A stretch of 64,000 bases of DNA from an uncultured delta proteobacterium. Its GTDB lineage: Bacteria; Myxococcota_A; Polyangia; Polyangiales; Polyangiaceae. Shown in pieces: positions 40,836 through 50,159 of this stretch. The stretch covers positions 128,001-192,000 of the forward strand of contig CAWJCS010000006.1 of assembly GCA_963841435.1 (NCBI GenBank), written 5' to 3'. Each line of letters begins with the position of its first letter. Within the stretch, counting starts at the first letter, position 1. The translations under genes and the position numbers were made by a program. The notes below the pieces were generated by a model, which was given only the letters and a program-made list of their open reading frames with translations, was not told where the DNA came from and did not search any database.

Positions 40836-42195
40836 GACCAGGTCACGGAGCTGCGCCAGGCCCTCGAGCGCCGCGGCGGACGTTACGACGAGCATCTCGT
40901 CTTCCGCGATGCGGAGGTGAGCGGCGGGGTTTGGCAGCGCGACGGGCTGCAAGCGCTGCTCACCGCCGTCGAAACCGGGCGCGTGCGTCGTGTCTTTGTC
41001 GAGGACGTGAGCCGCCTCTCACGCGACAAGGAAGATGCCGCGCGACTCGAGAAGACCTTCGACTACCACGGGGTCTCGATCGTCACGCTCGACGGTATGA
41101 CCTACGACGGAAGCGTCGGCTCATCACTCGCGTTCACGTTTCAGAGCGCTGGGGCTGCCCAGTACCTTCGCGACTTGGGCGCCAAGACGCGCCGTGGGTT
41201 GCGCGGCGCGCACCGTGAAGGGAAGAGCACGGGCGGCCGCTGCTACGGCTTCAAGGTCGCGGCTGGGAAGCTCGAGGTCGACGAGACCGAAGCCGCCACC
41301 GTGAAGCTCATCTTCACCCTGTACCTCGAGGGGCATGGCTACGCGGTGATCGCGCAGAAGCTGAACGAGCGCGGCGTACCTGCGCCTCGCAGCCGTCGAC
41401 GCGCGGGGATCGGCTGGATGCACTCGTGCATCCGCGAAATGCTTCGCAACCCGAAGTACGTCGGCGAATTCGCGTTCGGCGTCCGGAAGTGGCAGCGGCA
41501 CCCAACCACGCGCAGGCGCGTCGCGCGCACCAACCATGACGCGGACGTACTGCGAACAAATCGCCCGGAGCTCACGGTCGTCGATCGGCAGACGTGGGAC
41601 GCGGTGCAAGCGCTGCTCGCGAAGCACGCGAAGAACTACAAGGCGCGCGCCGTCCCCCACGGCAGGACGAACTACTTGCTGACCGGCTTGCTTCGCTGCG
41701 GCTGCTGCGGAGCCCCGATGCAGATCATGGGCGGCAGCACCGAGCGCTATTACCGCTGCGTCGCCAACCGAAAGCGCGGGACCTGCTCGAACAGGCTCAG
41801 CGTGCGCGAGGGGCTCACCCGAACGCGCATCCTCGCGGCCGTGAGCGAGGCGCTGGCTACGCCCAAAGCCATCGCCTACGTACGCCAGCGACTCGCCGAG
41901 CGCGCCGGCTCCCTGTCGCGCGACGCCGGCCGCGAGGTAGCCGAGCGCTCCGGGCGCCTTGAGCGCACCGAGGAGCGCGTCCGAGGCCTGATCACCATGC
42001 AGGCCGAGGGCGACCGCTCTCCAATGGTTTCCGAGATGCGGGCCGACCTCGAGGCACAGGCCGCCCAGGACCGCGCCGCAATCGCCGACCTCCGAACCAT
42101 GGCATCGGCGCCCATCCGTCTCCCGCCGGTCGACCTGCTCATCGAGCGCGTGTTCGCGCTCCGCGCTCTCGCCGAGTCCCAGAACGTCCAGAGCG
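40836..42195 (+). pseudogene. Large serine recombinase lacking its N-terminal catalytic motif and its C-terminus
   Basis: DQ...FRDAEVSG..RDGLQALL, EDVSRLSRD, GGRCYG, NPKYVG, YLLTGLLRCGCCGAPM; no YARxS upstream. Confidence 0.85.
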
Positions 42196-43592
42196 CTGCT
42201 GCCGTGCGTGCGCATTCGGCATTGGATCTGTTCCTTGCCCTGGGGCCTCAGAGCCTTGCTCGGCTACGACCGCGAGCTCTGCGCGAAGGTCGTGAGCGCG
42301 TTCGTCGGTGAGCTCAGCCGCTCGCTCAAGAAGAGAGCGAAAGGAGAGTTCGGCCTTGCGAGCGTCGAGGATGCGCACACCGGCGCCGTCTGCACCGTGC
42401 AGAGGACGGACGGGGCTTTGCGACTAAACGTCCATCTTCATGTTCTCGCCCTCGACGGCGTGTACGTCCGCGATACGGAGAGCGGCGCGCTCGTGTTCGA
42501 GGAGCTCGGCACGCCCAGCCACGTGGAGGTACTAAACGTCGCACGCCGCACCGCCGAGCGCATCGACAGGCTGCTCGGAAAGAGCGGCCGGAGCCTCGAG
42601 CGGGAAGGGGACGAGCCCGTGCCCGAGCTCCTCTCCGACGAGCCGAGCCTGGCCTCGTGCTATGCGGCCGCTGCCCAGGGCATCAGCGTGAGCGGCGAGC
42701 GAGCGGGAAAGCCCCAGCTCAGGCTCGTCCTCGGCACTGGCGCCACTGCCGAAGGAGCCGAGCTCAACCCGGACGAGCCCGTGGCCGAGCACCTCGGCGT
42801 CAACATCCACGCCAAGCAGTCGGTCGACGGGCGTGATCGCCGGCAGCTCGAGCGTTTGTGCCGTTACATCACGCGGCCTCCTGTTGCTCAGGAAAGACTC
42901 GAGCGGCTTGCCGACGGCCAGCTCGAGCTCCGACTCAAGCATGCGTGGAAGGACGGCACGCGCGCCGTCGTGCTCGAGCCCGACGACTTGCTGGTCCGGC
43001 TCGTCGCCGCGGTGCCCCCGCCACGCTGGCATTTACTTCGCTACTTCGGCGTCCTCTCGAGCCACTCACGGCTCCGCCGAGAAGTTGTTCCGCACCCGCC
43101 CGCTGATCCGAGTGCTACCGCGCCTCCGCCTGCTCCGGGCGATCAGCTCGAGCTCGACCTCGACGCTGACGCTGACGAGCCTGCTCCGAGAAAAAGATGG
43201 GCCTGGCTGCTCAGACATGTGTTCAAGGCAGATTTGGATATTTGTCCGCGCTGCGGTGGACCGATGCGCTGGCTCGAGGCGGCGGCTACCCGAGAGTCTG
43301 CTCGTGACCTGCTCGCTCGGCTCGGGCTCGGGCCCAGGCCGCCGCCGGCTCCACCCCGCACGCCGCTCGCGCAGCTCACGCTGCCGTTCGCGAGGTGAGC
43401 CGGCTTGCGCTGGTCGCTGCGCCAGGCGAGCGTCCGCGCGTTCTGGGTTCGGGGAGCTCTGGCACCTCAGAGCCTCCTTCCGCCTCGTCCACGACAGCAC
43501 GTCCACCCCATAGGCGTGCGTTCTTACGGCCTCGCCGGCCTCGCCGTGGGCCCCGCCCGGGACCTTTTGCCAGATCGTTTCGCCTAGGCGCC
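42195..43592 (+). mobile_element. ISCR/IS91-like element, diverged variant B (5'-truncated; transposase remnant 42208-43398)
   Basis: Homologous transposase with many substitutions; different 3' non-coding region but conserved end TTTTGCCAGATCGTTTCGCCTAGGCGCC. Confidence 0.9.
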
Positions 43593-44111
43593 GACTCCGT
43601 CGGTGGGGCGTTGATCTTCAAGGGAACGAATTCGACGATGCTCTACGCTCAGCACCTCCACAACGGCGACTCCGTGCAGGGCGACTATTTCGGCGGATCG
43701 CTGGCAGTCGGAGACTTCTTCAGGAAAGCCAGCTACCAGGGTCTCGTGGTCGGGATACCCGGTGAAACGCTCGACGCGCAGCTGCCCGAGGGCGCGATCT
43801 GGATCTACGCGGGTGGCTCGTCAACGATGGCCTCGAAATTCTACAGAAGCCAGAAGAACCTCTACTCGGTGAGCGACACGGACACCATTCTCCCGACCGA
43901 GCAGCGCGACATAGGTTTCGGCACCGCCCTGGTCTCGGGCAACTTCAACGGCGGCGGTGGCGACGAGCTCGTGGTCGGCGCTCCCACCGACGACCCCGGA
44001 CAGGACGGCAGCACCGCCGGCGCGGTGTTCGTCTTCCGATACAACTCCTTCGGCGACGCCGAGAAAATCGACCAGGTGACCACTCGCTACGGTGACAGCA
44101 GCTTCGACTGA
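43593..44111 (+). pseudogene. 3' part of an FG-GAP (integrin-alpha-like) repeat gene
   Basis: GDYFGGSLAVGDF, LVVGIPGE, FGTALVSGNFNG..DELVVGAP, GAVFVF; begins at the element end. Confidence 0.8.
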
Positions 44112-44358
44112 GCTGTTGCTCGATCAATCGTTGCCGGAATCTTGACTGCTCGGACGACAGGCCCTAGCGCAGAGTTGGGTGGGTCGAGATATGCACTGCG
44201 CGCGACGTAGGAGCCAACGTAAACCTCGCGTTTGCCCCAGGAATCGAGAAAGAAGCGACCAAAGCTCTCCAGCTCTCGCTGAGCGCCTGAATAGGAAAGA
44301 AAGCCGTCCTCGGTGCGCGCCGTGGAACCTTGGCGACGGGCGCCCGTAATCCCGAGCT

Positions 44359-44539
44359 CCGGATGATCTCTTGGTCCGGCTCGTCGCCTCGGTGCCCCCG
44401 CCGCGCTGGCATTTACTTCGGTACTTTGGCGTCATCTCGAGCCATTCGCGACTGCGCTCAGAAGTGGTCCCGCATTCGCCCGCTGATCCAAGTGCCACCG
44501 CGCCGCCGCCCCTGCTCCGGGCGATCAGCTCGAGCTCGA
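44359..44539 (+). mobile_element. Internal fragment of the variant A transposase
   Basis: Near-identical to about 50841-51018 (PDDLLVRLVASVPPPRWHLLRYFG...). Confidence 0.9.
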
Positions 44540-44750
44540 CGCGCCCGCTCACTACACCACGAATTCCAGGCTCACTAAAAACAGTCTGCCGTGCCTCCTC
44601 GTCCTCCCTGCTATTTCATTCGCTCCACTACCCCCCTCCTCCCCGTTGGTCTCCCTAGCCGCTTGACGAGGGGTCCGAGCTGGGCGTAAGAAGCTAGGTG
44701 TTGTCGCCCCGGGGAGGCGGAGGGCACGTAACGGCGCAGCGGAGGTCACG

Positions 44751-47429
44751 ATGCGAAGGTGGATGACGCCATTCCTTGGTGCTAAAGGGACCGTGGTGAT
44801 TGCCGTCCTTTCGGCGGGATGCGCTGGACGCGGCGACGATGTGGGGGGGGGTGAGACAACCTCCTACGCGCAGGACGCGATCACGGTTCCCTTCTCGCTT
44901 CCGATCCCCGTAGGTCTTCACCCAGGAAAATTGGTCCTCGGCGCTACAGGCACCATCCGGGTCAACGACCGAGCGGAGATCCTCGTACCATCTTTCGGGA
45001 TCCCGTTCGGGGACATCGCGGCGATGGGGCCAGGCGGCGAGACCAACATCGGTGTCGATGCGCGCGTGAGCAGGATCTGGGCCCGGCACTCGATTCTGTT
45101 CCGTCATCCCGCCAACGTGTCCTTTTACAAGACCTCGGCCACGGTTCAGTCGCAAGGCACGACGATGTTCGCCGATCCAGACGAGAATCGCGAGCAAGTC
45201 ACCATCCGCCAGGACCCCATCTGGACCGCGAGCTTCACGGTTCCGACCAACCAAGCGTATGTCAGCATCGAGCCCGGGTACACGGCCGCCATTACACCAG
45301 GCGACCGCGGGAACTACACCGTCAAGGGCACGCTGACACTCAACGGTGGCGGTACCTACTCCTTCGCAAGCTTCGATCTCGAGCCCACGGGCGTCGTGCA
45401 GCTCTCGGATCCAGCGAACACCACCGTCGTGGTTGGCTCCAACCTGATCCTCCACACGCAACCTGGGGCGCCGCTCTTCGGCGCAAACGGGCTCGTCTTC
45501 GCCTACCTCGGGACGTCGGCGGCGCAGGTCGAAAGAGGCTTCAAGGGGGACTTGTTCTTGGCGCCGCAGGCAGACATCAGCGTCAAGAGTCACTCGTTCG
45601 CGAACTTCTACGGCAAGAACATCACCGTGTTCGAAGGGATCCGCGTCACGGGCGTGCCCGTGCTCGGGCCGAGAGCCGTTGGACTGCTTCTACCCACAGA
45701 GTCGGTGACCGGGCTCGGCGTGATGGGTTCGGGTTTTCCGGGCGGCGACGAGATGGCCAGTGCGCTGCTGCCGCCTGCGTTCGCTCCGCAATGCAGCTCG
45801 GCGACTCCGATCGCCCTCGTGAGCCACCACTCGCGTTCTGTGGTCCGTGCGAATGTTAACCTACCCGGTGGCGCTTTCCTCAACGTTCAGGACATCACGC
45901 CCGGGTTCCCCGGCGATCCTTCCGCGTGTATCCCCACCGTGTTTCCGAATTTCTTTCAGATTGAGCCGTGGCTAGCGCCACTCTATCCGTCCACGGTGCC
46001 GGACCCGAACGCGATCGCGTACTACGGCCCGAGCCTCACAGATAACCTGATCGCGCGGCTCCCCGGAGGTCGAGCTCTGCAAGTCGGGCTCACAAGCCGC
46101 GTTTGCGCTGATCCCCCCGGGCCATTGGCGGCGGGCTGCCCTGCGATGATGTTGGAGGCGGCTGCGTGCAACCCCTTCCTGAGCCCCAACGTGTGCGCAT
46201 ATGGCGGTGGCGTGCCAGCTGACGCGAATACCGACAAGAACTGCCTTTGCGTCGACCCGGAGGGCGACGAAGTCACAGCCGGAGCGGCGTTCACCCCGGT
46301 GTGGGTCTGCCGCACGAGGCGAATTGAAGGGGGGGCACTGGCAGTACGGATGTCATCAGACTGCGGCAGTGGGTGGAACTCGGGCGCGCTGGACTTATAC
46401 CAGCTCGGGGTGACTGCGTTGCCCCCGAACCCGCCCGACGGGCTTCGGAACGTGGATAGACCTGATCTGTACGTCAACCCCTTCGATGATCGCGTCTTCG
46501 TCTCGGCGAATTGGGGCCCCGGTTTCGCGATCACGCAGAACGTCGTCGTCGAGGGCAGACCAAAGAGCGCGATGAACCCCCAGACGATGCAGTGGTCCGT
46601 GTTCCGCAACGATGCGAGTTCGGTGGCCTATGCGCCTCGAGTCATGACCACGGTCCGCGACGACCGTGCCTTACTGTCCCTGTCACCGCGGACGTACGGG
46701 CCGTTCGTCCACTTCGCGAGCGCCTATTGCATCAACGAAAGACCCATGCTCAACGTCCAGACGCCGTTCGGTCCGCGCCAATGGGACCTAGCGGGGACTA
46801 ATGCCGCACCAGAAGCGCTCTGCCGCCAGGTCCCCAAGGGTACCAACGGCATGCCCTTCTTCGGTATTCATTTCGGCCCCAGCATCGCAGCGATATCATC
46901 TTCTCCCCCGCGCTTTCTCATCGCCTATTCGGGAAAGACCGACACGGACTTTGAGCGTACCAACCTGTACGAGGTGACGCTGCGGAGCGCCGGCGGCTAT
47001 GCGGCCGCCCCGGAAATCGAGCCCCTCGCTACCTTCGTAACCGGGGCGCCGCCAAATGGACACGTGATCTTTCCCCAGCTCGTTCAGGCCGACCATCTCG
47101 CAGGGTCTGACCTCGGGTTTGATGAGCCCGTGATCCTGCGCATTGCGTCCGTGGTTGGCGACACGGTCAAAGAACATGCGTTCGGAATCTACTCGGGGCT
47201 GATCGGGCCCTCCCACCTGCTCACGACTTGGTCGCTCGCCTCCGCATTCCCGGGCCAGGTGTGCAGCGACTCCATCGACTTCGAATGCTTCGTAGGCGAC
47301 TACCGCTACGGTTCGCTAATGGACAAGTCGGGCGCCACGCTCCGATTTTTCGTGCCCTGGATTGGCGGCAACCCTGGAGGCGCGGTGAGCACCTCCATTC
47401 AGGCAGCAGTCTTCAATGTTAGCCCGTAA
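44751..47429 (+). CDS. Large hypothetical lipoprotein (892 aa)
   Basis: SAGC lipobox; N-terminal beta-solenoid-like region, Cys-containing middle, FVGDY motif near the C-terminus. Confidence 0.75.
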   Translation: MRRWMTPFLGAKGTVVIAVLSAGCAGRGDDVGGGETTSYAQDAITVPFSLPIPVGLHPGKLVLGATGTIRVNDRAEILVPSFGIPFGDIAAMGPGGETNIGVDARVSRIWARHSILFRHPANVSFYKTSATVQSQGTTMFADPDENREQVTIRQDPIWTASFTVPTNQAYVSIEPGYTAAITPGDRGNYTVKGTLTLNGGGTYSFASFDLEPTGVVQLSDPANTTVVVGSNLILHTQPGAPLFGANGLVFAYLGTSAAQVERGFKGDLFLAPQADISVKSHSFANFYGKNITVFEGIRVTGVPVLGPRAVGLLLPTESVTGLGVMGSGFPGGDEMASALLPPAFAPQCSSATPIALVSHHSRSVVRANVNLPGGAFLNVQDITPGFPGDPSACIPTVFPNFFQIEPWLAPLYPSTVPDPNAIAYYGPSLTDNLIARLPGGRALQVGLTSRVCADPPGPLAAGCPAMMLEAAACNPFLSPNVCAYGGGVPADANTDKNCLCVDPEGDEVTAGAAFTPVWVCRTRRIEGGALAVRMSSDCGSGWNSGALDLYQLGVTALPPNPPDGLRNVDRPDLYVNPFDDRVFVSANWGPGFAITQNVVVEGRPKSAMNPQTMQWSVFRNDASSVAYAPRVMTTVRDDRALLSLSPRTYGPFVHFASAYCINERPMLNVQTPFGPRQWDLAGTNAAPEALCRQVPKGTNGMPFFGIHFGPSIAAISSSPPRFLIAYSGKTDTDFERTNLYEVTLRSAGGYAAAPEIEPLATFVTGAPPNGHVIFPQLVQADHLAGSDLGFDEPVILRIASVVGDTVKEHAFGIYSGLIGPSHLLTTWSLASAFPGQVCSDSIDFECFVGDYRYGSLMDKSGATLRFFVPWIGGNPGGAVSTSIQAAVFNVSP

Positions 47430-48054
47430 GCATTTCGTTTTCGTGGCGGGTATCGGTCTAGGCGGTCTTGCTGGCGCCTCGTGTGCAGGAAAGAGCGATA
47501 GTGCAGCGCACTCAAGCGCAGGCGCGCCCGCTGCGGGGGCTGCGCTCGGTGGAAGCGGCGGCACCCCCGCCGGCGGGGCGGCGAATGGCGGGGCCGCGCT
47601 TGGCGGCGGTTCCGGAGGAGGGCACGGCGGCATTGGGGGCACTGCCGCCGATGGGGGACGCGGCGGCGGAATTGCGGGCGGGGCAGCGCAGGCGGGTAAC
47701 GGAGGCACCGGGCTCGTCGTGTGCGTCGGGGGCATCTGCGCAGGCTCCCCGAACGGGGGTGCGGCCGGAGAGTCCGCCGGCGGCGCGGGCGAGGGAAGTG
47801 GCGCCGCGGGCACGACCGGAGGAGGGGCTGCCTGGAATGGGTTGCCCGAGCAGTACGACTGCGTTCAGACGAGCGTGACCGGCTGTGCCAGCAACACGGT
47901 GGAGTACTGCTGTCCTGGCATGAGCTTGCGGAATTTCGATGCGCTCGAGCAGGCAGGTTGTGGTTGCCAGCTACCGCCGTCGCAGGTGCAACAGTGCATG
48001 GCAGACGCGTCCGACGGTGGGCTGCTGTATGGCTACCCGTGCTGCTGCGAGTAA
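47416..48054 (+). CDS. Cys-rich lipoprotein, paralog 1 (ends GYPCCCE)
   Basis: ASCAGKS lipobox region, Gly linker, GLPEQYDC..C..YCC..CGC..PS..C..GYPCCC. Confidence 0.75.
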   Translation: MLARKHFVFVAGIGLGGLAGASCAGKSDSAAHSSAGAPAAGAALGGSGGTPAGGAANGGAALGGGSGGGHGGIGGTAADGGRGGGIAGGAAQAGNGGTGLVVCVGGICAGSPNGGAAGESAGGAGEGSGAAGTTGGGAAWNGLPEQYDCVQTSVTGCASNTVEYCCPGMSLRNFDALEQAGCGCQLPPSQVQQCMADASDGGLLYGYPCCCE

Positions 48055-48665
48055 TGGCTCGCTCCACGTCGCTGTTCGCTTCGAGCAACCCGGAAGTTGC
48101 CATCGTGCTCGGGGTCGCGTTGGTGATGCTTGCGGGTCCGGCGTGCGCGGGGAAAAGCATTGGCTCCCCGGGGGTCGGAGCCGCGAGTTCGGGCGGCGAC
48201 CCAACCGGCTCGACTGGTGGCTCCGTGGGAGCCGGTGGCTCTTCAGCGGGAAAGGGCGGCACGGATGGCTCTCACGGCACCGGGGGAGGGGTCGTCATTT
48301 GCCTCGACGGCCCGTGCGGCGGGGTGAGTGGAGCCGGTGAGGCCGGTTCAATGACTGCGGGCGACGGATTTGGTGGCCGGGGCGGCGGTGACGCAATCGT
48401 TGACGTCGAGGCGGGTGCCGCCGGCGCAGGCGACGGAACGGGGGCTCGAGGCGATGGGCTGCCTGAAGAGTACGGTTGCCTCAGCCAAGAGCTCATTTAT
48501 TGCGGCTCGAGCGCCGCGAGCTACTGCTGCCCGCCACTGACTATTGAGCAGCACTCCGCACTCTCGAACGCACATTGCGCTTGCTACATGGCGCCGTCGC
48601 AGACGACGTGTCGCGCGGACCTGCCGCAGGGGGGCTGGTTCCAGGGTTATCCGTGCTGCTGCTAG
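48054..48665 (+). CDS. Cys-rich lipoprotein, paralog 2 (ends GYPCCC)
   Basis: TAATG coupling; PACAGKS, GLPEEYGC..C..YCC..CAC..PS..C..GYPCCC. Confidence 0.75.
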   Translation: MARSTSLFASSNPEVAIVLGVALVMLAGPACAGKSIGSPGVGAASSGGDPTGSTGGSVGAGGSSAGKGGTDGSHGTGGGVVICLDGPCGGVSGAGEAGSMTAGDGFGGRGGGDAIVDVEAGAAGAGDGTGARGDGLPEEYGCLSQELIYCGSSAASYCCPPLTIEQHSALSNAHCACYMAPSQTTCRADLPQGGWFQGYPCCC

Positions 48666-48763
48666 AGCGGAGGGCGGGGGAGCGGGAGCTGGCACTCGGA
48701 GCTAGGTCGCCATCTTGGCGCTCCGCGCGGGCGGGGCTGAGCGGCGGCAGGCGCGTCTTGGTC

Positions 48764-48960
48764 GGCGCCAAGGTGAAACGAACTGGGAAAATCGTGCTGA
48801 GGGACGGCAGCGAGCCGGGGTAGCGGGCCCCAGCGGGCCCCCCCGACGAGGATGACCGCGCCTGAGCGTAGTTTCGCGAGCGGCCTGCGAACCTCGTAGT
48901 GCGGGCGGACAGCGAGCCACTCGGGCGTGGGCAAGATCGCACCCGCCCGAGCAAGACCAC
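48764..48960 (-). mobile_element. Orphan oriIS-like end of a third ISCR variant, no transposase (far boundary uncertain)
   Basis: Minus strand reads ATTTTCCCAGTTCGTTTCACCTTGGCGCC (48792-48764), sharing features of both the A and B ends. Confidence 0.7.
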
Positions 48961-49037
48961 AATGGGGTGAACGGCCTATCCGAGTCCGAACGAGGCTAGG
49001 AAGGGTCCGCTCCCGGCTGCCTCGCGAATGAAATCGA

Positions 49038-49061
49038 CACGCCCGGCTTTCGCCGGGCGTG
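49038..49061 (-). terminator. GC hairpin immediately 3' of the RNase P RNA fragment
   Basis: CACGCCCGGC-GAAA-GCCGGGCGTG perfect stem. Confidence 0.6.
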
Positions 49062-49223
49062 GTCGCAGAGCTCGTAAGCCGGGTTCTGTTCTTCGTGCGA
49101 GTCGCCTCGCGCGAAGCGGCGGTCATTCCTCTGGGACGCGCGTCGCCGCGCGCCTCGAGCGGCCTACCCGGGAGCTCGGGCGGGCAGCCCTCGAACGCTC
49201 CTCTATGTGGCCTTGCTCCGGAT
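49062..49223 (-). ncRNA. rnpB: 3' half of bacterial type-A RNase P RNA (5' part missing)
   Basis: CCGGAGCAAGGCCACAUAG, P15 GGGUAGGCC, P18 with GCGA loop, AGAGGAAUGA, P19 hairpin, ACAGAACCCGGCUUAC. The expected GGUAAAC and GAGGAAAGUCC are absent upstream. Confidence 0.9.
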
Positions 49224-49366
49224 TTGCTGCCCACCCCCGGCCTGCTCGGCGCGTGCTCGCGTGCTCGGCAGGGTCGGGGTGCTCACCGTGAGCGAGTGTC
49301 CGTCCGCCCGGCCGCACCCGGTGACGACGCCCCCGGCGGCGGCGCGGCGCGGCAGACTCGGGGGCG

Positions 49367-49703
49367 ATGGAACGCTGGACGACGGACGAGGCGCGGGAAG
49401 TTCTCGGGCGATGGCGCGCGAGCGGCGAATCGGCTCGAGCGTACGGGCGCGAGGAGGGCATCGATCCGCAGCGGCTGTTTTACTGGCGGAGGAAACTGGG
49501 AAGCGCAGCGAAACGCGGACCGAAGCGGCCCGAGCGTGCGATCGCGCGGTTGGTGCCGGCGGTGGTCCGGGTCGAGAGCGCGACGGGGGACGAGCGTGCG
49601 GTCGTCGTGCGCCTGTCGAGCGGAGTGATCGTCGAAGTCGAACGCGGCGCGCGTGCGGCCCGAGTGGCTGGCTACGCTCGTCGGCGAACTCGCGAGGCGA
49701 TGA
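49367..49703 (+). CDS. tnpA: IS66 accessory protein TnpA (apparent frameshift near 49655)
   Basis: WRASGESARAYGREEGI...LFYWRRKL HTH and VRLSSGVIVEV. Confidence 0.75.
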
Positions 49704-49706
49704 GCC

Positions 49707-50087
49707 GTGCTGCTCTTGCCGCGCGCCGTGCGCGTGTACGTGGGGACGGAGCCGGTTAATCTCAGAAAGTCGTTCGACGGCCTGTCGAACGAAGTCCGCG
49801 AGGTGCTCCGGCGCGATCCGCTGAGCGGGCACGTCTTCGTGTTCCTCAACCGGCGAAAGACGATGGTGAAGCTTCTTCTGTGGACTCGCGGCGGCTTCAC
49901 GATTTTGCACAAACGGCTCGAGCAGGGGCGCTTCACTTTTACGAAGAAGGTGACGAGCGAGGCGAAAAGCGTGGAGCTCGAGGTGCACGAGCTTTCGATG
50001 TTGCTCGAGGGCATCGACGCTCGCGTCGTGAGCACGCAGAAGCGCTGGGAGCCACCGCTGCACGCGCGGGCAACTGTGTCGCCGTGA
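49707..50087 (+). CDS. tnpB: IS66 accessory protein TnpB
   Basis: PVNLRKSFDGL, DPLSGHVFVFLNRR..VKLLLW, KRLEQGRF, LLEGID. Confidence 0.95.
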   Translation: MLLLPRAVRVYVGTEPVNLRKSFDGLSNEVREVLRRDPLSGHVFVFLNRRKTMVKLLLWTRGGFTILHKRLEQGRFTFTKKVTSEAKSVELEVHELSMLLEGIDARVVSTQKRWEPPLHARATVSP

Positions 50088-50159
50088 CGGTACGTGATCC
50101 CACGTGACAACGCGCGATTCTTCTTGCTCCTTTCGATCGCGATGAAATAGAAACGCGGA

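Noticed and set aside
40826-43592. Integron attC sites at CTAGGCGCC/CTTGGCGCC
   Set aside because: No GTTRRRY/RYYYAAC pairs and no IntI; the motif lies at a fixed distance behind ISCR transposases.
44318-44340. CCTTGGCGAC as a sixth oriIS end
   Set aside because: Lacks the upstream TTTTCCCAGTTCG block and the terminal CGCC.
48995-49016. AGGAAGGGTCC as the missing 5' conserved region of a permuted RNase P RNA
   Set aside because: It is on the opposite strand to the fragment, matches imperfectly and lacks the P1-P3 helices.
49707-50087. TnpB as an RNA-guided nuclease
   Set aside because: This is the 126-aa IS66 accessory TnpB, unrelated to the IS200/IS605 RuvC TnpB.
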